From positions 32,001 to 96,000 of the forward strand of contig CAWCAG010000009.1 of assembly GCA_963793425.1 (NCBI GenBank): a stretch of 64,000 nucleotides of DNA, in the 5' to 3' direction. The DNA is from an uncultured cyanobacterium. Its GTDB lineage: Bacteria; Cyanobacteriota; Cyanobacteriia; Cyanobacteriales; CAWCAG01. This document shows, piece by piece, positions 49,964-60,109 of this stretch (position 1 is its first letter; every line of letters begins with the position of its first letter). The position numbers and the translations under genes are program-made. The notes below the pieces were generated by a model that ran no database searches, was not told the origin of the DNA, and saw nothing but the letters and a program-made list of their open reading frames with translations.

Positions 49964-51205
49964 TTACTCCTGCAACTTAGTTTTAGAAACAATACGGGTT
50001 TTCTTGCGCTCAGCATCAGAAAGATTTTCTCCTGACTGTAAGCGAGTCGCGCTAGTTTGTAGCACAGTCGCTGCCCCCTCATCTCCCATTTGAATCGCTG
50101 TTTTTGCCGCAGTTTGTAACATAGTTGCGGCCCCCGCACGATCCCCTTGCTGCAATTTTGTTTCCGCAATTTTGGTTTGACGATATTTTGCCAAAGCTAA
50201 AATCGACTTTTTCACACTAGGGTTATTAGCTGGTTGATAAGCTGCTTGAGATTGCGCCTCGACAAAAACCGCTTCTGAAAGTAAAGCTTCTTTGCCCAAA
50301 GCCGGATCATCATAACGCACTTGTACTTTAGCCAGATTCTGAGGACCAGGGGGAAATTGATTAATATAAAGGTTAGCTAAAATAACTCGTTCTGCATCAG
50401 TCATCAAATCACCAATACGGACAAGAAAACTTTCTCCCTCAGTTTGTACTGGCAATTCAACAGTTTCTGGTGCAACTTGGGCAATAGGTTTCAGTTCTGC
50501 TAAACGTACCCCTGGCATTAAATTAAAAATCAAATAAGCATTGGTTAAACCAACAGACTGAACCCTTTCAAACAAGCGTCCAAACTCATCTAAAGCTTGT
50601 TCTGGGCGTTCAATATAGGCTAAAGTTCCCCCCGCCACATCAGCAATATTTTCTAAAACATCTTGGTTCCAATGATTGCCAAACCCCATGGTATTCAAAG
50701 TTACGTTTTCTTGGGAAGCTAACTCAGCAAATTGTAAACAGCGTTCATTATCTCCATGTTCATTTTCCCCATCTGTCAGCAAAAAGATTTGCGAAGCTGT
50801 ATCCTTTTTACCCTTAGCTATTTCTTGGAGTCCCAGTTTCATGCCCTCATCAATAGCTGTTCCTCCATCAGCATCCAACTTCTTGATCTGCTTTTTCACA
50901 TAATTAACATTATCAACGCTCTGATTATCAATCAGCACCTTAGCACGATGATCAAAAGCCACTATTGAAAGGCGATCGCTAGGCTTCAAACGCTCAACAA
51001 GACTCATAGCTGCCTTTTTTACTGTTTCCATAGGACGACCCCCCATAGAGCCGCTATGATCGAGTACTAAGCAAAGATTTAAAGGCAAACTCTCATCTAA
51101 TCCCCCTGCCACAGCAGAAATGGAAACCGATAGCTGACGCTGACTAGCAGCTTGATTAGCATCAATATGGGAATCATTCAAAATAGGTTGTAAACCAACT
51201 TTCAT
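49964..51205 (-). CDS. von Willebrand factor A domain protein
   Basis: LVLDHSGSM MIDAS motif, GGTAI, LLTDG. Confidence 0.88.
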   Translation of the reverse strand: MKVGLQPILNDSHIDANQAASQRQLSVSISAVAGGLDESLPLNLCLVLDHSGSMGGRPMETVKKAAMSLVERLKPSDRLSIVAFDHRAKVLIDNQSVDNVNYVKKQIKKLDADGGTAIDEGMKLGLQEIAKGKKDTASQIFLLTDGENEHGDNERCLQFAELASQENVTLNTMGFGNHWNQDVLENIADVAGGTLAYIERPEQALDEFGRLFERVQSVGLTNAYLIFNLMPGVRLAELKPIAQVAPETVELPVQTEGESFLVRIGDLMTDAERVILANLYINQFPPGPQNLAKVQVRYDDPALGKEALLSEAVFVEAQSQAAYQPANNPSVKKSILALAKYRQTKIAETKLQQGDRAGAATMLQTAAKTAIQMGDEGAATVLQTSATRLQSGENLSDAERKKTRIVSKTKLQE

Positions 51206-51347
51206 AATTATTTAGCTCCTGGATGAAGTATCTATTTAGTTTATATACATAGCCCAATGACAAAATACTGGGCATATTTCCCAGAATAGCCTGCTCACAA
51301 CGGAGATCGGTAGGCAATCAGTTAATTTAGGTTAAAGGTTGTACTTC

Positions 51348-51779
51348 TTAGCCCTTAATAGTACGTCGTTTGTCTAGCCAGCGTTGTAAAATAATTGCTG
51401 CTGCCTTGCGGTCAATGGTTGCTTTATTGCGGGAAACAGAAACTTTTTGTCCCTTCATTTGTTGCTCTGCTTCAACAGAAGTCAAACGTTCATCAACATA
51501 CTCTATGGGCAAATCAAGAGCAGTTGAGATTCTTTGGCTAAATTTCTGCACTTGGCGGGCTTGAAATCCTAATTCCCCAGCCATAGTGTAGGGAAGCCCA
51601 ACTACTAATAATTGTACTTCCCTAGCTTCAGCAATCTCTCTAAGCTGTTCCACATCAGCTTGAAAGGAGGTTCGCTTAATAGTAGTTAAGCCTGTGGCAA
51701 TTAAACCTGTACCATCACATCCGGCGACACCCACCCGCTTTTTTCCTACATCTAACCCTAATACAGAGACTTTCTCCAT
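51348..51779 (-). CDS. ruvX: Holliday junction resolvase-like / pre-16S rRNA nuclease RuvX (YqgF)
   Basis: LGLDVGKKRVGVA, VVGLP, VDERLTS, IDRKAAAIILQ. Confidence 0.93.
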   Translation of the reverse strand: MEKVSVLGLDVGKKRVGVAGCDGTGLIATGLTTIKRTSFQADVEQLREIAEAREVQLLVVGLPYTMAGELGFQARQVQKFSQRISTALDLPIEYVDERLTSVEAEQQMKGQKVSVSRNKATIDRKAAAIILQRWLDKRRTIKG

Positions 51780-51784
51780 TTTCC

Positions 51785-53047
51785 TTAAGACATCTCCGGG
51801 GGTTCATTGGCTTTGAGCTGTTCTTCTTTCGGGTTGGAATTAACAGAACTATCTTTTTGAGAATTATGGCGATCGCTTGATTTCTGCTCGGTTAGTTGAT
51901 TAATGGTTTTTAACCAAGAAATGCGACTAGGAATAGGAGTTCTAGGGGCAGGTTGCAGTCCTTTAAGAACTTCTGATAGCTGTAAACCTTCCAAGGAAGA
52001 TGGTTTTGCTTCCCGAAGCTTATGCCAAACAGAACGCGACATCAATAGGGTATGTTCAATACGTTGTGCGCCAATCTTTTCTAAATACTCTTCCCGCTCC
52101 GGCTGATAATCTGCTGAAGCTAGTTGTAAAGATTGCTCTGGCAAACCTTGTACAATCCTTGCTAGTTGAGAAAATAGCTCTGGATATAACCAAGTATAAG
52201 CTGGATGAACGTTTACTTTCGCTTTATGGGGGTTAGAGCGATCGCTATAGGCTTCTAATTCAAAATGCCCAATGGCTGCCTTACGCTGGGGTTCAAAAAC
52301 ATAACCACTAATGGTTTCTTGATGATTTAACCATTGCTTAATGCTAGTAAGTACAGCGCGAGGGAAGCTAGCCTTGAAGTCTTGGATATGACGATCAAAA
52401 ACTTGCCGTAACAGAGGCGGCATAGATACTGTATCAAGTTGATACAATAACTGAGCATCAGCATTACTTACAGGTAAGAGGTTCGGTAAATCTGGTTCAT
52501 GTTGAGCAATTTGTGCTAATAATTCTGGGGTGATCGCCCAATAAGTCATTTGGGCTAAAGGCTGGAAACCATTTTGCCGATACAATGCCAAGGTGCTTTT
52601 ATTATTAACATTAACTTCCAAAATCCAAGTACGGGCTTCCCAGATTTTCTCAAAGCAGTGTTTTAATAATTGAGAGCCAATATCTGGCTGTTGGCAATTA
52701 TGATCAACCAAAACCTGTTTAACCCGCCAAGTAGTGCGAGTTTTGTTAAAAGGTTCCACTTGAATCAGACCAAGAATTTTCTGATCTAACTCAGCTACAT
52801 AGATACAGAGATCATGCTGATAAGGATTAGGGAATAAAGTTAAGAACTTAAGAATTCCATACCAACTACGCAACTTGTTTAACTGCTTGCTTAAATTCAC
52901 TGAACAACTTTGGTCATCAGTTGTCCCGGAATTGGCAGCAAGAACCTCTATCGCCTCAATGTCCCGATAGACTAAGGGGCGAATGGCCAGTTTATTATTT
53001 TCGCTGATAGATGTGGTCATAATCGGGGACAAATAGGATTGAGCCAA
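51785..53047 (-). CDS. GNAT-family acetyltransferase
   Basis: IGSQLL, LEVNVNN..ALYRQNGFQ; TTG start, uncertain. Confidence 0.8.
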   Translation of the reverse strand: MAQSYLSPIMTTSISENNKLAIRPLVYRDIEAIEVLAANSGTTDDQSCSVNLSKQLNKLRSWYGILKFLTLFPNPYQHDLCIYVAELDQKILGLIQVEPFNKTRTTWRVKQVLVDHNCQQPDIGSQLLKHCFEKIWEARTWILEVNVNNKSTLALYRQNGFQPLAQMTYWAITPELLAQIAQHEPDLPNLLPVSNADAQLLYQLDTVSMPPLLRQVFDRHIQDFKASFPRAVLTSIKQWLNHQETISGYVFEPQRKAAIGHFELEAYSDRSNPHKAKVNVHPAYTWLYPELFSQLARIVQGLPEQSLQLASADYQPEREEYLEKIGAQRIEHTLLMSRSVWHKLREAKPSSLEGLQLSEVLKGLQPAPRTPIPSRISWLKTINQLTEQKSSDRHNSQKDSSVNSNPKEEQLKANEPPEMS

Positions 53048-53256
53048 CAGTTAAAACAGGTACTTACGTTGGCAAAGGCTAGAATTATCTATATATTTAC
53101 CTGCTGTTTTTATTCTAACTATTTTATCGTCATCAGATGCTGACAATTGTGTTAGCTAGCTATTTATCCTTACAATAATCTTTTCGTTAAAATCTGGTTC
53201 AATAAATATGATAAGTTAAAATAGTCTAGATAGTTTAGCTTTCTAAACCGAAGAGC

Positions 53257-53337
53257 GCGGATGTGGTGGAATGGTAGACACGCACGCTTGAGGGGCGTGT
53301 GGCGAAAGCCATGCGAGTTCGAGTCTCGCCATCCGCA
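53257..53337 (+). tRNA. trnL: tRNA-Leu(GAG)
   Basis: GCGGATG/CATCCGC acceptor stem, CACGC-TTGAGGG-GCGTG anticodon arm, long variable arm, GTTCGAG T-loop. Confidence 0.95.
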
Positions 53338-53357
53338 TTTTTTCTGGTAATTAAAGC

Positions 53358-54221
53358 TTAATTTAAACGAGGTCGTACAACTTGAGAAAATCGGCTTTGT
53401 CCTTCATCTAACTCAGCCGGTACACCACTAGGATATTCTTCCTGGATTAAACCTTGGAGACGTTCAACGCGGTTGCCGGGATCTGGGTGGGTGCTAAGGA
53501 ATTCTGGGGAACGCCCCCCCCCTGAAGCTGAACCAAGAATCCGCATCAATTCAACCAAACCTTCGGGATCATAGCCAGCTTCGGTCATAAAACGAAAACC
53601 CAAGCTATCGCTTTCTAATTCATCGTTACGACCATATTTAAGGTTAACTAACTGGTTAATCCCTTGGGCAAGGGCTGCCGCTTGACGGGCGCTTTCTGGA
53701 CTATCGCTAGCGGCGATACCAACAGCATTAACTAAAGCTGAACCCAAATTTTGTCTTGCCAGATGTTCTGCCCCATGTCTGGCAATAACATGACCAACTT
53801 CATGCCCCAAGACTCCAGCTAATTGGGCTTCTGTACTAAGGCGGCTTAACAGGGCGGCTGTAATAAAAACTTGCCCTCCTGGTAAAGCAAAGGCGTTAAC
53901 GGTTCGGGTATCTCTAAGAAGATGAAATTCAAAAGGATAGGAGGAAGTAGAAGCAGTTGACTGTTGTACAATCCGCCTACCTACGGTATCTATGTAATTC
54001 TGTAGAGTCTCGTCAGGATAAAGCCCACCGTGTTGTTGTGCTAACTGGTTTCTTGATTTTAAGCCAATAACTACTTCTTGGCGCGGTGAAAGTTGAACTC
54101 GCTGCTGTTCTCCTGTGATCGGATTTTCGACGACATTAGTACAATAACTGAGCAATCCAAATAGTGCTACAACAAGTCCAATCACCATACGAACTAATAA
54201 TCTACGCACTTGCTCTATCAC
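53358..54221 (-). CDS. M48-family metallopeptidase
   Basis: VNAFALPGG, LGHEVGH, ELESD, FLSTHP. Confidence 0.9.
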   Translation of the reverse strand: MIEQVRRLLVRMVIGLVVALFGLLSYCTNVVENPITGEQQRVQLSPRQEVVIGLKSRNQLAQQHGGLYPDETLQNYIDTVGRRIVQQSTASTSSYPFEFHLLRDTRTVNAFALPGGQVFITAALLSRLSTEAQLAGVLGHEVGHVIARHGAEHLARQNLGSALVNAVGIAASDSPESARQAAALAQGINQLVNLKYGRNDELESDSLGFRFMTEAGYDPEGLVELMRILGSASGGGRSPEFLSTHPDPGNRVERLQGLIQEEYPSGVPAELDEGQSRFSQVVRPRLN

Positions 54222-54351
54222 CTCACTGTTTTGCTGAGCATATTATCACAATCGCACTGTTGCTGGAGGAAAATTCACTCAGCGATCGCACCGACAAGGC
54301 TTAGCCTCAAGTCCGTTCCCTCAGTTTCTCCTCCTCCAACTCCTGACAACC

Positions 54352-54972
54352 TCAATCAATAATGGCGTTGAGTAAAACCTCAGTTAAAGTCAAATTTTCC
54401 ATATCATCAATGGTGATTGTATCAACGATATCAAACTTAGCTCCAGCAGTTTGGAGTTGGTCATCTAAGGCTTTAAGATACTGGGTGGCACGGCGATCGC
54501 CTCCTACTTGGATTAAGGAAATTCCTATTTCTTCATCCCTGTCTATTTGACGGGATGCTTCAATGATGATTCGCATCACCATTTTGCGGTCGTCGGGTTC
54601 TCCATCTGTTACAACTAAGATTGTCTCTCCATTAGGCTTAGCTTGCCCATCTGCTTTACGCTGAAAGTAATTAGCTAAAGCATCTTCTAAAACTCCCGCT
54701 AAGTCTGTACGCCCCATAGGGTCATTTTCTTGATAAATTTGAGCTACTTTTTCTGAGGTTACGTTATCGTAGCGTTTAAAGCGACCGGAAAAAAGATACA
54801 CTGTGATACCATCAGGGTCGATTTTTTCACAGGCCCTTGCTAAAGCTAGGGTTGATTCTTGGGCAATTTCCCAACGGCTTTTTCCTACTGCTTGGTCAGG
54901 AGCAGACATACTTCCGCTTTTATCGATAATGAGAGTATAGTCTCTTTCTTCAACAATAGAACCTTCTGACAC
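54352..54972 (-). CDS. vWA domain protein
   Basis: IIDKSGSM, VVTDGEP; GTG start. Confidence 0.85.
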   Translation of the reverse strand: MSEGSIVEERDYTLIIDKSGSMSAPDQAVGKSRWEIAQESTLALARACEKIDPDGITVYLFSGRFKRYDNVTSEKVAQIYQENDPMGRTDLAGVLEDALANYFQRKADGQAKPNGETILVVTDGEPDDRKMVMRIIIEASRQIDRDEEIGISLIQVGGDRRATQYLKALDDQLQTAGAKFDIVDTITIDDMENLTLTEVLLNAIID

Positions 54973-55067
54973 TTAGCTAAGACCTCCTGGGGGGTGATAA
55001 TTGTTCTCTTTCTTTTAGCCTATAGCGAGGTTGAAGATTTGAAAGAAAATCTTAGAATTTCTCCCAA

Positions 55068-55655
55068 TTAATTTTTTGTCACCAGGTCAATTTGTTGCAG
55101 TAGATAGTCTCGATTGCCAGTGTTGTTTAAGACAACATCAGCAATAGCAATTTTTTCTTCTAAGGGTAGTTGACTATTGATACGTTCTTGGGAATCTTTA
55201 ACAGAAAGGCGATTCCGCTGTACCAAACGCCGTAATTGTTCCTCTTCACTACAAATCACTACCCAAATTTCCGTTACTAAGTCCATCATGTTCGCTTCTA
55301 ATAGCAAAGGAATAACTAAAACTACTTCGGGTTGGCTTAAATACTTAAGTGCCTCAACAAAGCATTCCCTCACATAAGGATGAATTTGTGCTTCCAACCA
55401 ATGGCGTTCTTCTGGATTGCTGAAGACAATTTCTCCTAGCTTGCTACGATTGAGTCTACCATCGGTTAACTGAATCTTATTGCCATAGCGCTGGAAAATT
55501 TTTTCTAAAACTGGTGAACCGATTTGCACAGCTTCTCTAGCAAAAAGATCTGCATCTAAAATGGGTAATTTATAGGCCTGGGCTAAATAATCAGCTACAG
55601 TAGTTTTTCCTGTAGCAATACCCCCAGTTAAACCAATAATCCTTTTTTGATTCAT
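55068..55655 (-). CDS. coaE: Dephospho-CoA kinase
   Basis: IGLTGGIATGKTT, DAD, IHPYV, IPLLLE. Confidence 0.95.
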   Translation of the reverse strand: MNQKRIIGLTGGIATGKTTVADYLAQAYKLPILDADLFAREAVQIGSPVLEKIFQRYGNKIQLTDGRLNRSKLGEIVFSNPEERHWLEAQIHPYVRECFVEALKYLSQPEVVLVIPLLLEANMMDLVTEIWVVICSEEEQLRRLVQRNRLSVKDSQERINSQLPLEEKIAIADVVLNNTGNRDYLLQQIDLVTKN

Positions 55656-55686
55656 ATCAGGGTTAGGATTCTTAGCTCTTAGCTAT

Positions 55687-56439
55687 TCAACTATTAAAAC
55701 TGCGATCGCGCCATTTATTGAGTTGCGCTTCACCAATAGTAGCTAGACGCTGTAAATCTGCCATTTGGCTTTTTAACAAGGTAATTTGTCTATCTTTTGT
55801 ATTAATTTGTTTTTTTATTTCTCGATAGTTTTTTGCTTGGCTTGTTGCTTGGGTACGTTGTTGAAAGAGTCTTTTTTCTAGTTCAGCAACTCGCTCTTCT
55901 TGATTTTGGGATTGTTGTTGAGTTAATTGCTGTTCCAACTCATTAACACGGTTATCTTTAGCAGTAACTTCCTCTTTTCTGCGAGTTAGTTGCTGTTCCA
56001 ACTCAGTAATGCGGTTATCTTTAGCAGTAGCTTCCTCTTTTCTTTGAGTTAGTTGCTTTTCTAACTCAGTAATGCGAGTATCTTTTGCTTGGAGTTCTTT
56101 TTTTAGGGTTTCATAAGTCTCTAAAGGTATCTGTTGACTAACTTCCTCCGTTTTTTCCTCAACTTCTTCTGGAGAACTAACTACTCCAATGATAGTCTTG
56201 TTCTCTGCTCCTTGATTCTTGCTTTCCTCAGAGGCTTCTAGAGTAATTATCTTTTGTGCTGTAGTGCTAGCTAAGGCAATATAACCTTTAGCCATTTGTT
56301 CTACTAGCTGGGATTTTGATAACCCAACTTTTTCTGCCATTTCATTAAGCAAATCAACCCCTGTTGAGGTGAGGGTGATTCCTACCTTAGATTTTCCTGA
56401 AGAATGCTTATCGGAAACTTTACGCCTTTTTCTTGCCAT
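55687..56439 (-). CDS. Putative ribbon-helix-helix protein with coiled-coil repeats
   Basis: VGITLT...LNEMAEKVGLSKSQLVE RHH-like N-terminus; three 21-aa KD(T/N)R(I/V)xELExQL repeats. Confidence 0.6.
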   Translation of the reverse strand: MARKRRKVSDKHSSGKSKVGITLTSTGVDLLNEMAEKVGLSKSQLVEQMAKGYIALASTTAQKIITLEASEESKNQGAENKTIIGVVSSPEEVEEKTEEVSQQIPLETYETLKKELQAKDTRITELEKQLTQRKEEATAKDNRITELEQQLTRRKEEVTAKDNRVNELEQQLTQQQSQNQEERVAELEKRLFQQRTQATSQAKNYREIKKQINTKDRQITLLKSQMADLQRLATIGEAQLNKWRDRSFNS

Positions 56440-56604
56440 GAGCTTGTTGAAACTTGGGATGTGTCAGTCAAACAAGTATATGGCACTCAAAGCAATGTTA
56501 AAAGGGGACTTGAGCATTCAGCAATCTTTCTTATTTTTTGTCATCATTTGTTTGTTTGGTTCAATAGTCTCCCATCTCCCCATCTCGCCATCTCTCCATT
56601 TCCC

Positions 56605-57423
56605 CTATCGCCTCAATGTCATAATTTCCACCCCTTCTTTAGTTACAGCGATAGTATGTTCAAACTGGGCTGATAATTTACCATCTTTAGTCAGTGCTGT
56701 CCAACCATCTTCGAGGATCTCTGCTTGCCAGGTTCCTTCATTAATCATTGGTTCAATAGTAAATACCATACCAGGGCGGAAACGTTTGCCTTTGCCCCGT
56801 TTGCCATAGTGAGGTATTTGAGGGGCGGTGTGGAAGATTCTGTTAACCCCATGTCCCACAAAATCCCGAACTACAGAAAAGCCTTCTCCTTCGGCATACT
56901 CTTGAATAGCTGCGCCAATATCACCAATCCTTCCTCCTGGTTTGACAGCAGCAATACCTCTTCTTAAACATTCTTCAGTAACTTCTACTAGCTTTTTTGC
57001 CTTGGTAGAAGGAGTACCAACAAAGAAAGTTCGGGAAGTATCACCATGATAACCATCTAAGATGGGGGTAACATCAATGTTAATAATGTCTCCATCCTTA
57101 AGAATCTGCTTCTTGCTAGGGATGCCGTGACAAATGACTTCGTTAACGCTAGTACAAATAGACTTAGGAAAATCTATCGGAACCCCATGATAACCTAGAG
57201 GCGCACTAATAGCTCCATTGGACTGAGTCCAACGTTCTGCTTCGTCATTGATTTCTAGGGTACTTACACCGGGCTTTACCATCGGTTTAAGATGATCTAA
57301 TAATTCTGCGGCTAAGCTTCCTGCTTGACGCATTTTTTCAATCTCTCTTGCCGAGAGGAGAGTTATTCTTTCGCTTCCCATTTTTGAAGATTGACTTTCA
57401 GTAGTTGAAGTCTGGTAAAACAT
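56605..57423 (-). CDS. map: Methionine aminopeptidase type I
   Basis: SICTSVNEVICHGIP, DIINID, GHGV, FTIEPMIN, SAQFEHT. Confidence 0.96.
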   Translation of the reverse strand: MFYQTSTTESQSSKMGSERITLLSAREIEKMRQAGSLAAELLDHLKPMVKPGVSTLEINDEAERWTQSNGAISAPLGYHGVPIDFPKSICTSVNEVICHGIPSKKQILKDGDIINIDVTPILDGYHGDTSRTFFVGTPSTKAKKLVEVTEECLRRGIAAVKPGGRIGDIGAAIQEYAEGEGFSVVRDFVGHGVNRIFHTAPQIPHYGKRGKGKRFRPGMVFTIEPMINEGTWQAEILEDGWTALTKDGKLSAQFEHTIAVTKEGVEIMTLRR

Positions 57424-57451
57424 AAAATTATACGCTAATTAGGTTCTAGAT

Positions 57452-57943
57452 TTAATGGTGAATATCCAAATTCAAAATGTAATTCCCCAAAGGGACTTTA
57501 TCTGACCACAACTCGTATTCCAACCTCAAGCTTTCCGGTAAAGAACCTCCTGTGAGTTGTAAGCTACGAGTGAAGTTACGCAGGCGGATCGCCCCGTTTT
57601 CTTGGACTACTTGGCTATGTAGCCAATAACGACTAATACCATATACACCTTCTTCCCAAAAATGGCGATAACCAATTTGGCTACTGCCTTGCATTGTCAT
57701 GATGACTCGGTAAGGGGAAATTTCTAGCCACAGTAGGGTAGATTGGGTTGTAGTTTGAGAAGTCCTTTGAGGGGTTGCCCCAGAAGGGCTTTCTAAAGGT
57801 GTAGAATCAGGATTACTTAGTAGTAAGTGAAACTTTTCTCGGTCTTTTTGATACAAAGTAGCTGCAGTTTCAAAGTTATACCAAATTGGTAAATCGGTGG
57901 AGATTAAAGACAGACAAATGGGCCTGCGGTGATGGGCCAGCAT
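57452..57943 (-). CDS. Conserved cyanobacterial hypothetical protein
   Basis: 163-aa ORF with WLEISPYRVIMTMQG motif, upstream of map. Confidence 0.65.
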   Translation of the reverse strand: MLAHHRRPICLSLISTDLPIWYNFETAATLYQKDREKFHLLLSNPDSTPLESPSGATPQRTSQTTTQSTLLWLEISPYRVIMTMQGSSQIGYRHFWEEGVYGISRYWLHSQVVQENGAIRLRNFTRSLQLTGGSLPESLRLEYELWSDKVPLGNYILNLDIHH

Positions 57944-58087
57944 GAAGTGTCATTGAGAGAGTTAACATAACTAAGATAGCTTTAAAACTCCCTCCTTGGC
58001 GTTTTTTTGAATTTTTTTTGTCAAATAGCTTGCAAAAGCTATTTTTTAGGGATATAATCATTAACTGTTGTCAACTGATAACTACAA

Positions 58088-58159
58088 TCCTCAGTAGCTC
58101 AGTGGTAGAGCGGTCGGCTGTTAACCGATTGGTCGTAAGTTCGAATCTTACCTGGGGAG
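58088..58159 (+). tRNA. trnN: tRNA-Asn(GTT)
   Basis: TCCTCAG/CTGGGGA acceptor stem, CTGTTAA anticodon loop, GTAAG-TTCGAAT-CTTAC T-arm. Confidence 0.95.
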
Positions 58160-58180
58160 TTTGAGATTTACACAATTAGT

Positions 58181-58219
58181 AGAAGCTGGGGAACAGGATT
58201 CTTCGCAGCTTCTTTTTTA
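58181..58219 (+). terminator. Intrinsic terminator after tRNA-Asn
   Basis: AGAAGCTG...CAGCTTCT stem followed by a T-run. Confidence 0.6.
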
Positions 58220-58251
58220 TTGCCCATCCCCCAATAACTTACAACCAAAGA

Positions 58252-59754
58252 TTAAAGCTCGTAATTTTGGATATAGAGTAAAATTCCCTCTGCGATCGCA
58301 GCAGCCATTTGATTACGGAAATTAGCATCTCTTAATTTTGCTGCATCAACGCGGCCGGTAACAAAACCAACTTCTACTAAAGCAGAAGGCATAGCAGAAT
58401 TTCTTAAGACATAAAAACGGGCTTGTTTTACCCCCCGGTTGTTCATCCCCAACCTACGAATAATCGTACTTTGAATTGATTGGGCTAAACGGCGACCACT
58501 TTGATAATAGAAAGTTTCTGTACCGTTAACAGAAGAATTTCCCCCTCCCACTGCATTGGCGTGAATACTAACAAAAAGGTCTGATCCGGCGCGGTTTGCC
58601 AATTGAGTACGCCCAGCTAAACTAACAAAAGTATTATTGTTGCGGGTCATTCTTACCTTAACCCCTTGTGCCTCCAAAATTCTGGTCACTTCTTGGGAAA
58701 TAGGTAAAACAACATCGGTTTCCCGCAAGCCCCCAATACCAATAGCCCCAGGATCTTTACCTCCATGGCCAGGATCAATAGTGATGGAAACTTTACCTTG
58801 AGGAATCTTGGGTAAGTTGGGGTTAGGAGAAGAAGACGGAGGAGTTGAAGGGGTTGGAGAAGGAGTTGGTGTAGGGGTTGGGCGAGGAACTTGCAAAGCC
58901 ACATTCCTATCTGGAGGGGGAACAGGAAGGGCAATGCGATCTGGAGTATTAGGATTCCCAGTGGTAGGTAAGGGGTTATCAGGATCGAGGGGAAATAACC
59001 CTCCTTCAGGAAAGAGAGTTAAATTGCCTCTAGGACTAACATAAGCTTTCCAATCAGGACTATTGGCATCAACATTAAGGATGACGCGGGCAAACTTATT
59101 TTGTTGATTAAACTGCACCCCTCTAAGTCCATATTGATTAAGGGGAAAGGCTTTATCAGAAAGAGTACCAGGAAAAACTACTCCTTCTAAATAAACATCA
59201 ATTTGACGGCGATCGCTACTGCGAGTTACTACAATATTCTCGGTGCTATTACTAGACCCCAAACGGGCAAACAAACCGTTTTGAGTAATGACAAAATCCT
59301 GTGTGTTTGGTTGAGAAGGAGGAGTTGCTGTTACCCTTTGAGGTGTGGGTAACTGTACTGACCATTGATTAGTATAAGACCCTCGGAATTTTACTTGATT
59401 AGGATCAATAGCAAAACCAGAGGCTAATTCTACTACTAAGCGAGTGGTATTATTTTCAAACTGACCAACTCTAACTTGCTTAATAGCACCCCCCACAGAT
59501 TGGTTAACAGTGGGTTTACCTAATCTAGTGCCGGGTAAATCAATCACAAGACGATTAGGGTTAAAAATCATTTGTGCCGTAGGTTGCACCCCTTCATCTG
59601 TGGTAAATTCCAAGCGATTTTGGTTACTTGCAAAGTTCCATTTTACTAGTTGCCTAGCTTCAGCAATAGAGGAGAAGAGGAAAACGCTGCTGATGCTTAG
59701 TAGCAACCAATAAAGCTTGGCAAATTTAAAAGTGATAGGTGAGGAGTTTTTCAT
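58252..59754 (-). CDS. amiC: N-acetylmuramoyl-L-alanine amidase with AMIN domain
   Basis: Signal peptide, NPNRLVIDL AMIN domain, Pro-rich linker, IDPGHGGKDPGA, FVSIHAN, LVEVGF; ATG at 59754. Confidence 0.88.
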   Translation of the reverse strand: MKNSSPITFKFAKLYWLLLSISSVFLFSSIAEARQLVKWNFASNQNRLEFTTDEGVQPTAQMIFNPNRLVIDLPGTRLGKPTVNQSVGGAIKQVRVGQFENNTTRLVVELASGFAIDPNQVKFRGSYTNQWSVQLPTPQRVTATPPSQPNTQDFVITQNGLFARLGSSNSTENIVVTRSSDRRQIDVYLEGVVFPGTLSDKAFPLNQYGLRGVQFNQQNKFARVILNVDANSPDWKAYVSPRGNLTLFPEGGLFPLDPDNPLPTTGNPNTPDRIALPVPPPDRNVALQVPRPTPTPTPSPTPSTPPSSSPNPNLPKIPQGKVSITIDPGHGGKDPGAIGIGGLRETDVVLPISQEVTRILEAQGVKVRMTRNNNTFVSLAGRTQLANRAGSDLFVSIHANAVGGGNSSVNGTETFYYQSGRRLAQSIQSTIIRRLGMNNRGVKQARFYVLRNSAMPSALVEVGFVTGRVDAAKLRDANFRNQMAAAIAEGILLYIQNYEL

Positions 59755-60109
59755 TGGATATCTAGGGCGAACTTTTATTGATTCGTCAAGACCATCATCC
59801 AATGGTTATTGTTAGTTATCCGGAAAAACTTATCTAGATTTTGTAGGCTAATCTTTGTTTTTCTAAAGCTTAATTGAAATTTTTAAATAGGCTTTTATGA
59901 AATTACAGTTTTTAGTAGAAGTTAGTAGCTAAATTCTTTAAGACGCAATAACTTATTTAATAGTTCCTTGTTAAGTAATAATTGGTTGACCTGCTTTGAG
60001 AAGTTTTCATTTATAGCTACAGATAAGACGGTTAAGAAAATTCCCTACTCACTGTTACTTATACAAATTGCTTGATATTTTGCAAATCTGTTGTGAGTTA
60101 TGAATTAAG

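Noticed and set aside
53257..58159. tRNA-anchored genomic island or prophage
   Set aside because: No integrase, no duplicated tRNA 3' end, and the flanking genes are housekeeping
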